This document shows positions 17,604-29,126 of a stretch of 64,000 nt of DNA, in pieces. The DNA is from a virus (taxonomy: Duplodnaviria > Heunggongvirae > Uroviricota > Caudoviricetes > Crassvirales): IMG/VR virus record IMGVR_UViG_3300034082_001032; one strand, written 5' to 3'. How positions within the stretch are numbered: position 1 is the stretch's first letter; the number at the start of each line of letters is the position of its first letter. Both the position numbers and the translations under genes were made by a program. Under the pieces are notes generated by a model, which did no database searches, was not told the DNA's origin, and worked only from the letters and a program-made list of their open reading frames with translations.

Positions 17604-20600
17604 TTAGTAACATTCTTTAAGTTTATCAATAACGTTCTTTCTGTCTTTTGACAGAGCTTGATTTATATAATCAAGAGCTTGCGCTTCTGTCATATTGTAT
17701 TTCTGAGCAAAGTTAGTCAATATATTCTTCTTTTGCTCATCTGTAAAGTCTTTCAACCCTTCCAGAGTTGTAATGTTTGCTGCCTCTGGTGCAAAGTAGT
17801 TAAAGATGTCTGCATCAGGAATCTCGTTAGCGATCTTCTTTGTACCATTATCAAGAACAGATTTTTGGAAATCTAGATAGTATTCAGAACCAAGAGCTCC
17901 ATCACCATAAAGATTGATGAGTTTGTAAACATGTTTTACTATAGGCTCACCTTTATACATTTCTGTATAAGTTAATGGTTCACCGTTTCCAAACTTAACC
18001 TTCATGTATCCATACACTTCTTTCAAAGAAAGATCACCTTTTGCCTTTCTTTGAGCAAACATTGATGGTGTGATTGTTTTTCCTGTCTCCATGTCTATTT
18101 GCTCACCTTCTTGATTGATCACTCTAGGAACAAGAACAAAGTCAGCACTCACATCTAAAAAGTTAAACGTTTCGCTAAGGGTGAGTATTCTTCTTTCTAG
18201 AGAAAGAACATTTAGATTTTGTATGTTTGGAAAATATGATGTAGACGTATACTGATATATTTCATTCTCATACTGATCTATACCTACAGGACCAGCATCT
18301 TGTGGTAAAATAAACTTAGGAGATACAGTTTTCCAAATGTCATTATCTTTCCAATTGTTTCTTTGGAACCATCCTTGAGAGAATGCTTGTACATCCGTAT
18401 CTGCTACAATAGTTGATATGATGGGAGCAATAGTCTCACTGAAGTCTTCGATAGGGATAATGTTCTTTATAGAGATGGCAGATTGGTATGTACCTTGCAA
18501 TATTGCTAACATTACAATATCATAATACAAATCTCTAGTGGCAGGAGTGTCTCTCATTTCCCTCATGAGTCCTGTGTAGTAGTTCTCATCATAAGCTTCT
18601 TTTATGTTTGCAGCAAGCTTAATGCTTTTTGCACCATCCACTCTATCAGAACTTTCTATCTTAAGATCTTTGAGAATAGTAACTTCAGGATGATTTTTCT
18701 TAGCAGTGGCAAGTCTGTCTGCTACAGAAGTTCCTTTGTCTACCAATAGACTTTTAATCTCAGTGTTAATTCCACTCTTGATCTGAATAATATAATCAAG
18801 GAATGATGCTTTGAGTTTGTTTGCTATCTTTTCATACTTCTCAGCAGATAGATATTCTCTCTCAGCATAACTCTTTAATACTGAATTAGTTATGATTGTA
18901 AACTGATCTTGATCAAGTTTAAGAATCTCACCCAGTGATTCAGCAGCTCTGTCAAGAAGATTAGCTTGTTCACCAATAAATGTATTATCAAGAATCTTAT
19001 CTACAGAGGAGAAGATGTTAATTTCTCTAGCAACATCAGTTCTTGTTTGTTTTTTGAATAACGTGTCACCACTCTTAAACTTAGTAGTATCATAATTAGA
19101 TGCCTGTGTAAGCTTAAAGCTAAACTCACCCATCTTAGCATACTTCAAGAACTCATTAAATATCTTTTGTTGTTCTGCATTTTTTGTTCCACTGAACCTT
19201 ATACCACTATTATAGTCGCTAATATTTTCATCTAATGTACCCAAGCTTATCTCTACAGATTTAATTTCTTCTTCTGCAGCAAAAAATTTATCTTTTATAA
19301 GATCTATATTAGCTTTTCTAAATAGGTTTTTATCACCTAAGTTATCAAGCATATTCAGATACTCAGAAATGATAGGTTGATTCATGAACATTGCTGCTGT
19401 CTCAATAGGAACTCCAATCCTTTGGAGGAACATGAATGTACCTACAGCAAGATCACTTTGAATTACTCTAAGGATGTATGGATCTTTAGAAACGTCCACA
19501 AAAGATGTAGCATATCCAGACAGACCATCAGAGATTAAACTCTTATCTGTAGCATCGTATACACCAGATATAGAAATTCTTTTCTGACCATCAATCTCTA
19601 CACTATTGTGAGGAAGAATAATATTACCATCTCCTAAGAATTTTTTATCCCTAACAGACAATTCTAAAAACTTTGCAGGATCAATATACACTTCTGACTT
19701 CTGTGTAAGAGATTGACCTGTAATGTTTACAGCAGCAATACCTACCCACTTTTTACCAGTTACGAAAGCATGTCTCACTGAATCCATGAACTTCCTGCTA
19801 ATGAGTTTATTCTTGATGTCCTCTTCTTTCTCATTTCTGAGAGTGTCAAGTTTATCAGCAATCTTCTTCAAACCACCATCGCTTACTGGAGTGATGAGTC
19901 TTTCAAAGTTCTCAGGGAGCGTAAGAAGGCTTTCCAGAGATTCATAGTATTCATTCTCAAGGGATTGTTTATACAATCTCTCTGCTAATGTATTAATATC
20001 ATCTTCAAGAGCCTCTTCAGTTCTCTGACCATTATCACCAGCCAAATCCTGAGCTTTGATAAACTCTTTTGCTTTGTTCATTGCTTCTTCACCAATTCCA
20101 AAGAATGGAACTTGCTTAATGTCACCTGACTTAGTTACATATGTATTCTTTAAATACATATTCAATTTATCTATATCAAAGTCAGATCCTGCCTTGGTGG
20201 TGATTTCAGAAGGAACAACCACTGTAGCTCCCATAGATTGTGGAAGAAATCCTTTTACCTTAAACACCTCTACAGAGCTAAGAGCCTGTGTAGGAATACG
20301 GAAACCAATACCCCTAAGAATAGATTGATTCTCTTTTTTATTAAGATAGTCTAAAAGCTGTTCTTCTGTAGAGAATCTAGAATTAGCAAACTTATCTTTA
20401 AACCAGTGAGGAAGAAGAATCTCACAATAAGGAGCATCTTTTGTATAGAACTTCAAAGCTGTATCTGTAAGAGCCACATTTGATTTTTCTTCATCAGAAA
20501 GCTTTTCAAACTCACCTCTATTAATCTTAACCCACTTACCATCTCTCTTTATAACAAGAGACCTTCCTTCTGCAGAACTTTCCCATCCTGTAGCAGGAAC

Positions 20601-23600
20601 TTGTACATGAGCACCACCATTCATCTTTGGAGAAACAAGAGACTTGTCCACCATAGAGAATAGAATATTTCTTATTTGTACATATGCAGTAGATGCTTCA
20701 AAAGGAATTCTAAACTGTCCATTATCATCAAGTCTCACTGTATCTTTAGCATTGTCAGACATTTCTCTTCTAAGCATCTCACGCTCAAGGAGTTGTGAAA
20801 CACTTGCCCTATCAACAAGCTCAAAACTATCACCAAGGTCTTTGATACCAAGTTTTTTCAGAAGCTCAATATATCCATTCCTGTGGAGAGCATCTTGTAT
20901 TCTCTTGTGTCTGTTGTATTGTTCTTTTGCTTCTGCACTAGCTTTACCATTATTAAACAAGTCTAGTGTAGCAATCTTCATCAACTGAGAACCTCTGGTT
21001 TGAACCTTAGCTCCTTCAAAAGCATTCTCCACTTGTATACCGTAAGCTTTCCATGGAACTTGAACAAGGTTGTTAAAAGGTTTTTGATTAAGTGTACCAT
21101 CATTATTGTACAACTTATATTTTCCTTCTTTACCAACCTTTCTACCACTTTCCATGATAACATAACCAATCTTCTCTTTGAACATTTTCAAATAAAGAGC
21201 TTCAAGATTGGTTCCTTCAACCATGCTATAGTATAAAGGCATCTGAGAAAACTTATCTAATACAAGATCAAAGTTGGTCTTGTTAAACTTGTTTCCAGAT
21301 ACAATAGGTTTAAGAACTTCTGTTACATATTTAGGACTTGGTTTAGTAGCTTCAATAGCATCTTGTTCTCTGAGACGATTGTTCTTATATTGATACAATC
21401 CTTTCTCATGGAGCTTAAGTCTGGTGTAAGCCATTTCATGCTGATGCCAATTTTCTGCATCATCAGTCCATTGACCATTCTTGAGTTTAACTTCCCTATG
21501 TGTATTATCTATAATCCAGGAAGCAGCATCTGCTTCATTTGTTTTAGCATATGCAGGATTAATGTTTGCCAAGCTACCAACTATATTCAAGTCATTGAGA
21601 GTCACTGTGTTAGTGAATGGTTTGAATGTGTGGTAACCAAGTTCCTCAGGATCAAGAGCAATATTTCCTGCTTTATTATAATCCCTGTTAAGAGCTGAGT
21701 TAAGCTCTGGGAAGTCTGCAGTGATTCTTCTTGGAGAAAGGAAAGATTTAATACGTTTGGTTTCATCAAGCTTACCATTCTTCAACTCAAATTGATAAGG
21801 ATCACCAAACAAAATCTTGTGGTATTCTATATTGTTTATGATGTAGTTTACAGCCAAGAAGTTTGTAAGACTGTTGTATTCCTTTTCAGAAAGACTCTTG
21901 TCTAACTTTTCCTTCTTTAGGAAATTACTATCTAACTCTTCAGACCTAAGATTAATTTCACTTGCTTGCTGAGAAATCAAATCTTTAATAGACTCATTAA
22001 TGTCAGAGATGTTATCGCTGATGTATGTATTGATAGCATCATTAGATTCATTATTCAAAATCATATCATTGATTCTTCCAAGAATCTTTATAGGAAGAAT
22101 ATCTTTAAAGAACCTCAGTTCCTGTGCTCTGCTACCAACATTATTAAGTTGTTTCCTGTCAGCTTTTGCCAGAGCAATCTCATCTTCCAAATAACCTCTG
22201 AATATACTATAGATTGTAGGCCAAGCATCTCCAGATTCTACATCTTCAAATGACACAATGTTGCCTAAGTTCATCATCCATTCTGTAGAGCTATCTGCAG
22301 GAATTAGGATGTAGTAGTCACCATTGAGATTTTGGTTAACTTCCAACATAGCCCTGGTGTTTAAACCAAGTCTGTCTGTAGGAGTTCCTTTTTTATTATC
22401 ATTATCTCTAACCCCCTGGATATATTTAACCTTAATTGATTTTATCTTCTTTCCTTCTTTATCAAAGAACAGTCCTCCTTTCTTAAGAACTACGCTGTTC
22501 TTAGAGAACACATCTTTAAGTTCTGGTCTAGCCTCAAGAAGTTCATCTAATGTATTAACATCATTGAATTCACTTTCAAATACAGATGGAGCATTACTGT
22601 CAGCAAATGCATTTGTTTGTTTATCTTCTACGTTTCTGTAAGTGTTCTCATGTACAGGATTGGTCACTCTTACATAGAGCTCAGCAAGTTTAGCCAACTG
22701 ACCACCTACATTTAAAGTTTCTCCTTTAACACTCATCACCTCATCTACCTTCTGAAGATATGTATGAAGTGAGCCTACAGCTGTAATAAATTCTTTTTGT
22801 TGCTTTTCTTTGAGTTTCAAGAACACTTCAATTGGGAAATCAATACCCATTCTTGAAAGAAACTCAACCATCTCTTGAGGAGATTCTACAAGAACATTGG
22901 TAAGATCTTTAACTTTGTAAACCTTATCTACACTATTATAACTAATCAAAGAACTAGCATCTTTTGAAAGAGCCTTCATGTTCTCTGTCCAACCTTTTTG
23001 AGTTTGTTTGATTACAGTGAATAGATTAGCAGGAGCAGTATAAACCTCTCCACTATCCATATATTGAATCAATGCTTCTGGTTTCTGTTTAGTGAAAGTT
23101 TGGTAGAAGTTGATAAACAATCTCCAATCTTGTGGTTCAAACTTAGAGAAATCAATTGTGGCATTACCTTCATTATCTTTTCTAACTCCTTTCAGACGAG
23201 TAAACAAACGAACATAGTTGCCATCATATTTGGCAAGGTCAATCAGTTTATCAACCATCTTTCCAACCTTTGTTGTGTTAGAAAGTTTCTCAAGTACAGT
23301 GACAAATGCCCTACTAAAATTTAGTAGTTTTAATCCAATTATATCAGAAGTTTTTAGTTTTGGAAGTTCCAAACTACTAGAGTTCTCCTGATTTGTAGCA
23401 ACTGCTTCTGTCAGTGTTCCCAACAAAAGTTTTACTGGATAAGGAGATTGTTTTTTGAAATCTACAGAGAATGCTTCTGGAGCATACAAGCGATTGTTAT
23501 AGTTCTCATCATTAATGTTCACTTGAGCATTATCGTCAAACTCAATCTTAAAGGTACGCAAAAAGTCCTTTGTCTTTCCAACAAGCTCACTCCATGCAGT

Positions 23601-26600
23601 TTCTCCAAGAATTTCCAACTTACCTTCTTCCTCATATTGAGTTTTTATATCATCAAATATCTGAGGAGCTGTAAGTTTCTCTGGAGAGAACAGTGATGTA
23701 TTAGTTCCAAATATAGTTTGGAAAGCTCTAGCAGTGATGTCTTCAACAAACTCTCTAGTTTGTTTTTCATTCAATCCTTCTACAGCTCTGTATTCAGCAA
23801 AGTCATTTTTAACACTCTCTGGAAGAACTTTTTCTTTAAACCTACCTGTATCAATAGCCTTAAATAACTCTTCTTTTCCAGAAGGTTTATTTACAAATTG
23901 TTTTACAAACTCAATGATGCTTCTAAAGAACCTAAGTATTCTTTCTCCCAAAGAACGAGCTGGGAGCTTGCCCACTTTGAAATCAGCAAAGTCATCAGCA
24001 ATTCTTTCTTTAGCTTGCTGATCTGTAGCATCTACATAAGCAATCATTTTACCAGACTGCCTATCTTTGAACTCACCCTTCTTAGATTTGAACTCATCAA
24101 GAATAGCTTGTCTTTCTTCTTCAGAAAGAAATCCTTTCCACACACCCTCAAATATCTCGTGGTATTCTGTACCTCTAGCTGCAGACTTATAAAACTTAGC
24201 TACACCATTCTCAAATGCACCCCATGCTTTTTCATTATCATGTGTAATAAGAATGTTCTCAGTGATTTCATAAGGAATACCAGGAACATTCTTAGCAGCC
24301 CATAGTTTGAACAATTCAATCTCTCCGTCACTAATTCTATCAATACCTTCAGCACCCACTTTCCTATATTCACTATTAGCTGGAGGTTTAGTTCCTTTGA
24401 AGTTCTTAGGACCAACAGGTTTAACTTCTTCTACAATAGCTGCAGGAGCTTGTTCAGACTTCTGCTTTTTCAAATCTGCTGCAATTCTCAATGCAACAAA
24501 ATCAAGAGCAAGCTGCTCTTCATCTTTAGCAGCATCAAATTGATCTTGACTCTTAAGAGCTTCAATGACGCTAGCCATAGTTGCTTTGTTAGAAGCAATC
24601 TTTCTAATTACATCATTAGACTCAACACTAACTGAAATGTTATCATCTGCATCAATGTTTGCTATAAATTCAACAGGACCAGCAGTTAGTTGATATGAGT
24701 TCTTTGTTTGACCATCCAATACATAATCACCAATCTTTACAGCACTAGGAGCTCCAGGAGCAGATGCTGTAGGTTTAACTTCTTCCTTCTTAACAGATAC
24801 AATAGGAAGATCTAATCCTTGGAGAATAGCATATTTTTGTTTGAAGTTGTATGGTACTGCTTCTGTAGGCTTAACTACAGCTGTAGTGAGGAACGCTTGT
24901 TTTGTAGGTCTAGCTGTACCATTAGGGAAAGATGCAGAGAGTAGATAGGTTTGGTAGTTTGTCCATTCATTTGTGACAACCTTACCTTCCTTCATGTAAT
25001 ATTCCGTGAACGGTTCTCCAAATGCTTTAAGTGTGTCATCATTAACACTGTTATACATTTCCTGAACCTGAGAAATAATATCGTCTTTACTAGCTTCAAT
25101 GTTTGTTAAATCGTAAGTTTTACCACCAAGAAACAGATTCATAGAATCTGTATCAATGTATATCTTACCCTTCTCATCTGAAGGAGATGACTTCCAAAAT
25201 AAAATATTCTGAAGAAACCTTGCAATCTTCTTATTAATCTTTATCTTCTCATTAGCATCGGACTGATCTTTCACTTCATTAGAAATGCGATTTAGCAGTT
25301 CATATATTGCTTCAGCTTCTTGCTTTGTAAACTTCCTGTTATTAAGGAACATGAGAGTTTCACCAAACTGAAGAGCTGGTCTACCTTTAGGGATAGCTAC
25401 GTTTTCACCCTGATGAGCAATGAATCCTGATTTTGATATTTGTATAAGTCCTTCTTGTGTAGGAATAAGGTTTTCAGGAATAAGATTATCTCCTACAAGG
25501 TTTGTATCATAATAGTCTACAACCTCAGGAATACCTCTACTTACAAGAAATGAATATGCTTGGAATGTTCCTTCAGGAGCAGCAAAGAGTTCATTTCTTT
25601 TAGCTTGCCACCTTTGAGACATTTGCTCAGCTTCAGCTTTCTGATTAGACCTATACCTAGGTTTTTTATCACTTCTTGTGAGAGAAGCTGTAGGCATTGT
25701 ACCAAACACAATAGATTCAATATCCACTGGTTCTCCCACCTTTGCAAGTCTTCTACCAGCAACGTTTACATAATAGTAATCATTACCATCCTGCTCTACA
25801 TATATTGAAGCTACAAGTCCTACAATAGGATCATTGTATTCCTTCTCTGTAATACCAACTCCTTCAAATGCAATTTCTGGAAGCCTATCTAATCCAACAA
25901 TCTTTTGTTTAGGAGTGACAAGAATTGTTTTGAGCCTTGCCCTATTAGGCATAAGCTTTACATTATTAAGAAACTCAATCCTTCTAACAGAATATGCTTT
26001 GAGATTACCTGCTTCCCAATCTTCAGATGCACCTGTATCAGATGTATATAATATATTAGCACTCTTTTTAGAATCCTCAATGACAATCTTTTTAATATCA
26101 TCATCTAGATTTCCTGTACCTATAGAGCCAGAAGACTTTTCAATCTCAGCTTGTTCAGCTTCAATGTCACTTTTATCCTTCATCAACTTCTCTTGAGCAC
26201 TCATTATCTTTTCATATCCATCAAAATTAGATGGATCAAGATTGTATATATCACCATTAATATCTTCAACCTTTACAGTACCGTCATCATTAATACCAAT
26301 CACCTTCACCTTCTGAAGGTTACCAAGTTCTTCGTTTATAGAATCAACTTTTTCCTGTGCTTTTTCTTGAGATCCATGAAAGGTGATATTTCCATCAGGT
26401 GCAGTTACTTGCCACCTATCATCAGCAACTTTATCAATTCTAGCTTTCTTTCCTACAGGAATCTGATATTCCCTACCCTCTTCAAATGTTTCTTTAACAC
26501 CAGCCTTATTTGTAAACTTAGGACCTTCTTTAACCTCAACAACTTCTTCTCCTTTAACTTCTTCAGGAATAGATCCAGAACGTAATTGTTCTCCCTGATC

Positions 26601-29123
26601 CATATACTTATTAAACCCTTCTTCACTTGTAAGGTTATCATATAACTTAACCACTTTGTCTTTTAGAGAATTAAGTCTATTGATATCATGACCATATGTA
26701 AACAGATCAAGAGCGTTTTCTGGACCAACTTGTCTATCAGCTTTTGGATCTTGATTATTGAGTTCAAAGTTGAGCAAGTAGTCAAATAGCTTATTATCTA
26801 CACCATCTTTCAAACCAAGATTGATTCTTTCAGAAGCTGTACGCAATGCTTTAACCTGATCGTTTATATTCTTTCTATCTTGAGCAGATGTAAAATCTGT
26901 GATAGTTTTATTTAAAGCATTAGCACTTTGCTCATATGATGCTGAAAGATCTTTTAGTGATTCTTTATTAGTCAACTGAGAAAGCAAATCATTTGTAACA
27001 GCAGGACTAATATCACTAACACTTTGTTGTATAGAATCTAATCTATTATTTACATGTGGAACTTTTGCTGCAAGAAATGTAAGTTCTGTTTTCCATTTAT
27101 TGAAATCATCGAAACGTGATGTTTCAAGCCCTTCCTCATCGGTGGTTGGATTATCTATCTTCTTGAAAGGATTCTTGAATGTAAAATCAATTGAATTACT
27201 AATCTTCTTAATTTGATTAGCTTCATTGATTAATGAATCTACATATTCATTTACAGTGGACTTATTGGAAGAACTGAAGTCCATACCAAATGACTTCTCA
27301 AATTCAGTTTTGTCCAAATCTTTCAACATCTTCAACTGCTCAATTGTAACATCATGCATTCCTGAAGGAATACGTGATTGTACAAATTTAATGAACATGT
27401 CGTCCTTAAGATTTTTGTACTTAAAGACATCCCCAGCTTTTACAGCCTCGTCCATCTCTTTTGCAATACCTGCAGAACTTAATGTATTTTCATACTGATT
27501 TGTAAGAGTTCCAGTGAGACCATATTGATTAAGAATATTGATAGCACTTTGTAAACGAGCTTCTTTTCCTTGTCCTTTTGCTGCATCAATTCTTCCTATT
27601 ATACCACCTGATATGAGTGCACTAATTGCACCCACCATCATGTTCTCCAATCCTTCAGAAGTACCAAACTGATTCTTTAATCCTGTAAGTGTAGAGTTTA
27701 CTGTTTCATTTACAGTGTTCCAGGTTTCTTTATTCTTTGGATCAGACAGGTTTTTGTACTTTCTTGTATAGTAATCATACACACCTTTCTCAGTGGCATA
27801 TTGACCACCTTCTTCATACACACCTTCTGTCAAGATGTTTGCCATCTTTGGTCTAACAGACTCCCAAACTTTTTCTCCTAATCCTGTAGCAACCTTTGCT
27901 TCAAATACATCTTTAGATCCTTCTTTCAAACCTACCTTACCAAAATCTTCAAGTTCTTTTGTAAGTTGACCTGAGACAGCTTTGTTTGCAGAGGTAAATG
28001 ATTTAAATAAATTTCCAAACTGAATAGCATTAGATGCTGTCAGTAGTGCCATGTTAATACCAAATCTGGTATTCATTGCACTTGTTGCGTAATCTTCAAT
28101 TTGCTCAGCATCTTCTCCTGTAGGATCAACACCAGCATTTTCAAGTCTATATTGTCTTAATAGATCTTCTCTTACAGTGCGATAGGAATCCCTAGCCTCA
28201 ATAGCAGCCTCAGTTCTTGCTGATCCATATAAAGACATTCCATATCTAAATCCATCAGTAATTTTTGTATATGAAGCAAGGTCACCTAGTTTCTTAACAT
28301 CTAGTATTGTATCAGCAGCAACCCCAGCTGTTTTTGCTACATCAAGAGCTTTTTCTACATTGTTTGTTCCAACAAAAAGCTTATTTAGAAAAAGAGAAGC
28401 TTTACCTATTTGACCAGCAACCAAAGGAATTGCTCCAATACCCTCTGTTACAAGACCTATTGCTGCATCTTGAGCAATTGCTCCACCAATAGCACCTGCT
28501 GTAAAACCAAGATTTTTAATAACTTTATCACCCCAGAAGTTTGCAGAACCTGGAGCAAAAGGAAGCATTGCCAAATAAGGATGCTTTTGTTCCTCACGAG
28601 TGTAATAGTTTGGAAAAATGTCTTCCAAGTTCTTTGTCCAGTTATCAATAGCAGCCTCATAACCATCCACTCCTCCAGATAGATTGGAGAGTTTACCATT
28701 TTTAATAGCAGAGATTGTATTTGGGATAGTGGCAAAACTTTGTAGAAATGTACCTACACCAATGCCTCCCATTTTTATAACACCATTAGCTAATTGATCT
28801 GTCCATGATTGTTGTAAACCATATATATTCTCAAGATCTACATTTCTTTGATAAGTAGTATAACGTTGATTTGCAAGAAGTTCACTTTTTGGAACCATCT
28901 GTACAGGGCTACTGAAAGAAGATTGATTTGTCCTAAGTCCAGAAAACTCAGAAAGTTGATCAATGTTCAACCCTGTTTTTCCAACACCTGCACTGCCGTA
29001 TGTTTCAAAACCACCAAGACTAACATCAACATCTCTTACAGTGGGAGATGGCAGAAGCTTCTTAGGAGCCTCGGGGGCTCTATTAGAAACATTATCAATA
29101 AGTTCGTTATCAAAAATAGCCAT
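17604..29123 (-). CDS. Giant virion protein (3839 aa) containing a two-barrel RNA polymerase catalytic-loop-like motif (candidate crAss-like virion RNAP)
   Basis: 'VVVPSEITTKAGSDFDIDKLNMY' (DFDID encoded at ~20169..20183, about residue 2980) resembles the 'NADFDGD' Mg-binding loop of the beta-prime DPBB and the QDE-1 'DYDGD' motif. Its position among the giant cargo proteins downstream of the tail genes matches crAss-like architecture. Confidence 0.6.
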   Translation of the reverse strand: MAIFDNELIDNVSNRAPEAPKKLLPSPTVRDVDVSLGGFETYGSAGVGKTGLNIDQLSEFSGLRTNQSSFSSPVQMVPKSELLANQRYTTYQRNVDLENIYGLQQSWTDQLANGVIKMGGIGVGTFLQSFATIPNTISAIKNGKLSNLSGGVDGYEAAIDNWTKNLEDIFPNYYTREEQKHPYLAMLPFAPGSANFWGDKVIKNLGFTAGAIGGAIAQDAAIGLVTEGIGAIPLVAGQIGKASLFLNKLFVGTNNVEKALDVAKTAGVAADTILDVKKLGDLASYTKITDGFRYGMSLYGSARTEAAIEARDSYRTVREDLLRQYRLENAGVDPTGEDAEQIEDYATSAMNTRFGINMALLTASNAIQFGNLFKSFTSANKAVSGQLTKELEDFGKVGLKEGSKDVFEAKVATGLGEKVWESVRPKMANILTEGVYEEGGQYATEKGVYDYYTRKYKNLSDPKNKETWNTVNETVNSTLTGLKNQFGTSEGLENMMVGAISALISGGIIGRIDAAKGQGKEARLQSAINILNQYGLTGTLTNQYENTLSSAGIAKEMDEAVKAGDVFKYKNLKDDMFIKFVQSRIPSGMHDVTIEQLKMLKDLDKTEFEKSFGMDFSSSNKSTVNEYVDSLINEANQIKKISNSIDFTFKNPFKKIDNPTTDEEGLETSRFDDFNKWKTELTFLAAKVPHVNNRLDSIQQSVSDISPAVTNDLLSQLTNKESLKDLSASYEQSANALNKTITDFTSAQDRKNINDQVKALRTASERINLGLKDGVDNKLFDYLLNFELNNQDPKADRQVGPENALDLFTYGHDINRLNSLKDKVVKLYDNLTSEEGFNKYMDQGEQLRSGSIPEEVKGEEVVEVKEGPKFTNKAGVKETFEEGREYQIPVGKKARIDKVADDRWQVTAPDGNITFHGSQEKAQEKVDSINEELGNLQKVKVIGINDDGTVKVEDINGDIYNLDPSNFDGYEKIMSAQEKLMKDKSDIEAEQAEIEKSSGSIGTGNLDDDIKKIVIEDSKKSANILYTSDTGASEDWEAGNLKAYSVRRIEFLNNVKLMPNRARLKTILVTPKQKIVGLDRLPEIAFEGVGITEKEYNDPIVGLVASIYVEQDGNDYYYVNVAGRRLAKVGEPVDIESIVFGTMPTASLTRSDKKPRYRSNQKAEAEQMSQRWQAKRNELFAAPEGTFQAYSFLVSRGIPEVVDYYDTNLVGDNLIPENLIPTQEGLIQISKSGFIAHQGENVAIPKGRPALQFGETLMFLNNRKFTKQEAEAIYELLNRISNEVKDQSDANEKIKINKKIARFLQNILFWKSSPSDEKGKIYIDTDSMNLFLGGKTYDLTNIEASKDDIISQVQEMYNSVNDDTLKAFGEPFTEYYMKEGKVVTNEWTNYQTYLLSASFPNGTARPTKQAFLTTAVVKPTEAVPYNFKQKYAILQGLDLPIVSVKKEEVKPTASAPGAPSAVKIGDYVLDGQTKNSYQLTAGPVEFIANIDADDNISVSVESNDVIRKIASNKATMASVIEALKSQDQFDAAKDEEQLALDFVALRIAADLKKQKSEQAPAAIVEEVKPVGPKNFKGTKPPANSEYRKVGAEGIDRISDGEIELFKLWAAKNVPGIPYEITENILITHDNEKAWGAFENGVAKFYKSAARGTEYHEIFEGVWKGFLSEEERQAILDEFKSKKGEFKDRQSGKMIAYVDATDQQAKERIADDFADFKVGKLPARSLGERILRFFRSIIEFVKQFVNKPSGKEELFKAIDTGRFKEKVLPESVKNDFAEYRAVEGLNEKQTREFVEDITARAFQTIFGTNTSLFSPEKLTAPQIFDDIKTQYEEEGKLEILGETAWSELVGKTKDFLRTFKIEFDDNAQVNINDENYNNRLYAPEAFSVDFKKQSPYPVKLLLGTLTEAVATNQENSSSLELPKLKTSDIIGLKLLNFSRAFVTVLEKLSNTTKVGKMVDKLIDLAKYDGNYVRLFTRLKGVRKDNEGNATIDFSKFEPQDWRLFINFYQTFTKQKPEALIQYMDSGEVYTAPANLFTVIKQTQKGWTENMKALSKDASSLISYNSVDKVYKVKDLTNVLVESPQEMVEFLSRMGIDFPIEVFLKLKEKQQKEFITAVGSLHTYLQKVDEVMSVKGETLNVGGQLAKLAELYVRVTNPVHENTYRNVEDKQTNAFADSNAPSVFESEFNDVNTLDELLEARPELKDVFSKNSVVLKKGGLFFDKEGKKIKSIKVKYIQGVRDNDNKKGTPTDRLGLNTRAMLEVNQNLNGDYYILIPADSSTEWMMNLGNIVSFEDVESGDAWPTIYSIFRGYLEDEIALAKADRKQLNNVGSRAQELRFFKDILPIKILGRINDMILNNESNDAINTYISDNISDINESIKDLISQQASEINLRSEELDSNFLKKEKLDKSLSEKEYNSLTNFLAVNYIINNIEYHKILFGDPYQFELKNGKLDETKRIKSFLSPRRITADFPELNSALNRDYNKAGNIALDPEELGYHTFKPFTNTVTLNDLNIVGSLANINPAYAKTNEADAASWIIDNTHREVKLKNGQWTDDAENWHQHEMAYTRLKLHEKGLYQYKNNRLREQDAIEATKPSPKYVTEVLKPIVSGNKFNKTNFDLVLDKFSQMPLYYSMVEGTNLEALYLKMFKEKIGYVIMESGRKVGKEGKYKLYNNDGTLNQKPFNNLVQVPWKAYGIQVENAFEGAKVQTRGSQLMKIATLDLFNNGKASAEAKEQYNRHKRIQDALHRNGYIELLKKLGIKDLGDSFELVDRASVSQLLEREMLRREMSDNAKDTVRLDDNGQFRIPFEASTAYVQIRNILFSMVDKSLVSPKMNGGAHVQVPATGWESSAEGRSLVIKRDGKWVKINRGEFEKLSDEEKSNVALTDTALKFYTKDAPYCEILLPHWFKDKFANSRFSTEEQLLDYLNKKENQSILRGIGFRIPTQALSSVEVFKVKGFLPQSMGATVVVPSEITTKAGSDFDIDKLNMYLKNTYVTKSGDIKQVPFFGIGEEAMNKAKEFIKAQDLAGDNGQRTEEALEDDINTLAERLYKQSLENEYYESLESLLTLPENFERLITPVSDGGLKKIADKLDTLRNEKEEDIKNKLISRKFMDSVRHAFVTGKKWVGIAAVNITGQSLTQKSEVYIDPAKFLELSVRDKKFLGDGNIILPHNSVEIDGQKRISISGVYDATDKSLISDGLSGYATSFVDVSKDPYILRVIQSDLAVGTFMFLQRIGVPIETAAMFMNQPIISEYLNMLDNLGDKNLFRKANIDLIKDKFFAAEEEIKSVEISLGTLDENISDYNSGIRFSGTKNAEQQKIFNEFLKYAKMGEFSFKLTQASNYDTTKFKSGDTLFKKQTRTDVAREINIFSSVDKILDNTFIGEQANLLDRAAESLGEILKLDQDQFTIITNSVLKSYAEREYLSAEKYEKIANKLKASFLDYIIQIKSGINTEIKSLLVDKGTSVADRLATAKKNHPEVTILKDLKIESSDRVDGAKSIKLAANIKEAYDENYYTGLMREMRDTPATRDLYYDIVMLAILQGTYQSAISIKNIIPIEDFSETIAPIISTIVADTDVQAFSQGWFQRNNWKDNDIWKTVSPKFILPQDAGPVGIDQYENEIYQYTSTSYFPNIQNLNVLSLERRILTLSETFNFLDVSADFVLVPRVINQEGEQIDMETGKTITPSMFAQRKAKGDLSLKEVYGYMKVKFGNGEPLTYTEMYKGEPIVKHVYKLINLYGDGALGSEYYLDFQKSVLDNGTKKIANEIPDADIFNYFAPEAANITTLEGLKDFTDEQKKNILTNFAQKYNMTEAQALDYINQALSKDRKNVIDKLKECY

Positions 29124-29126
29124 TAT

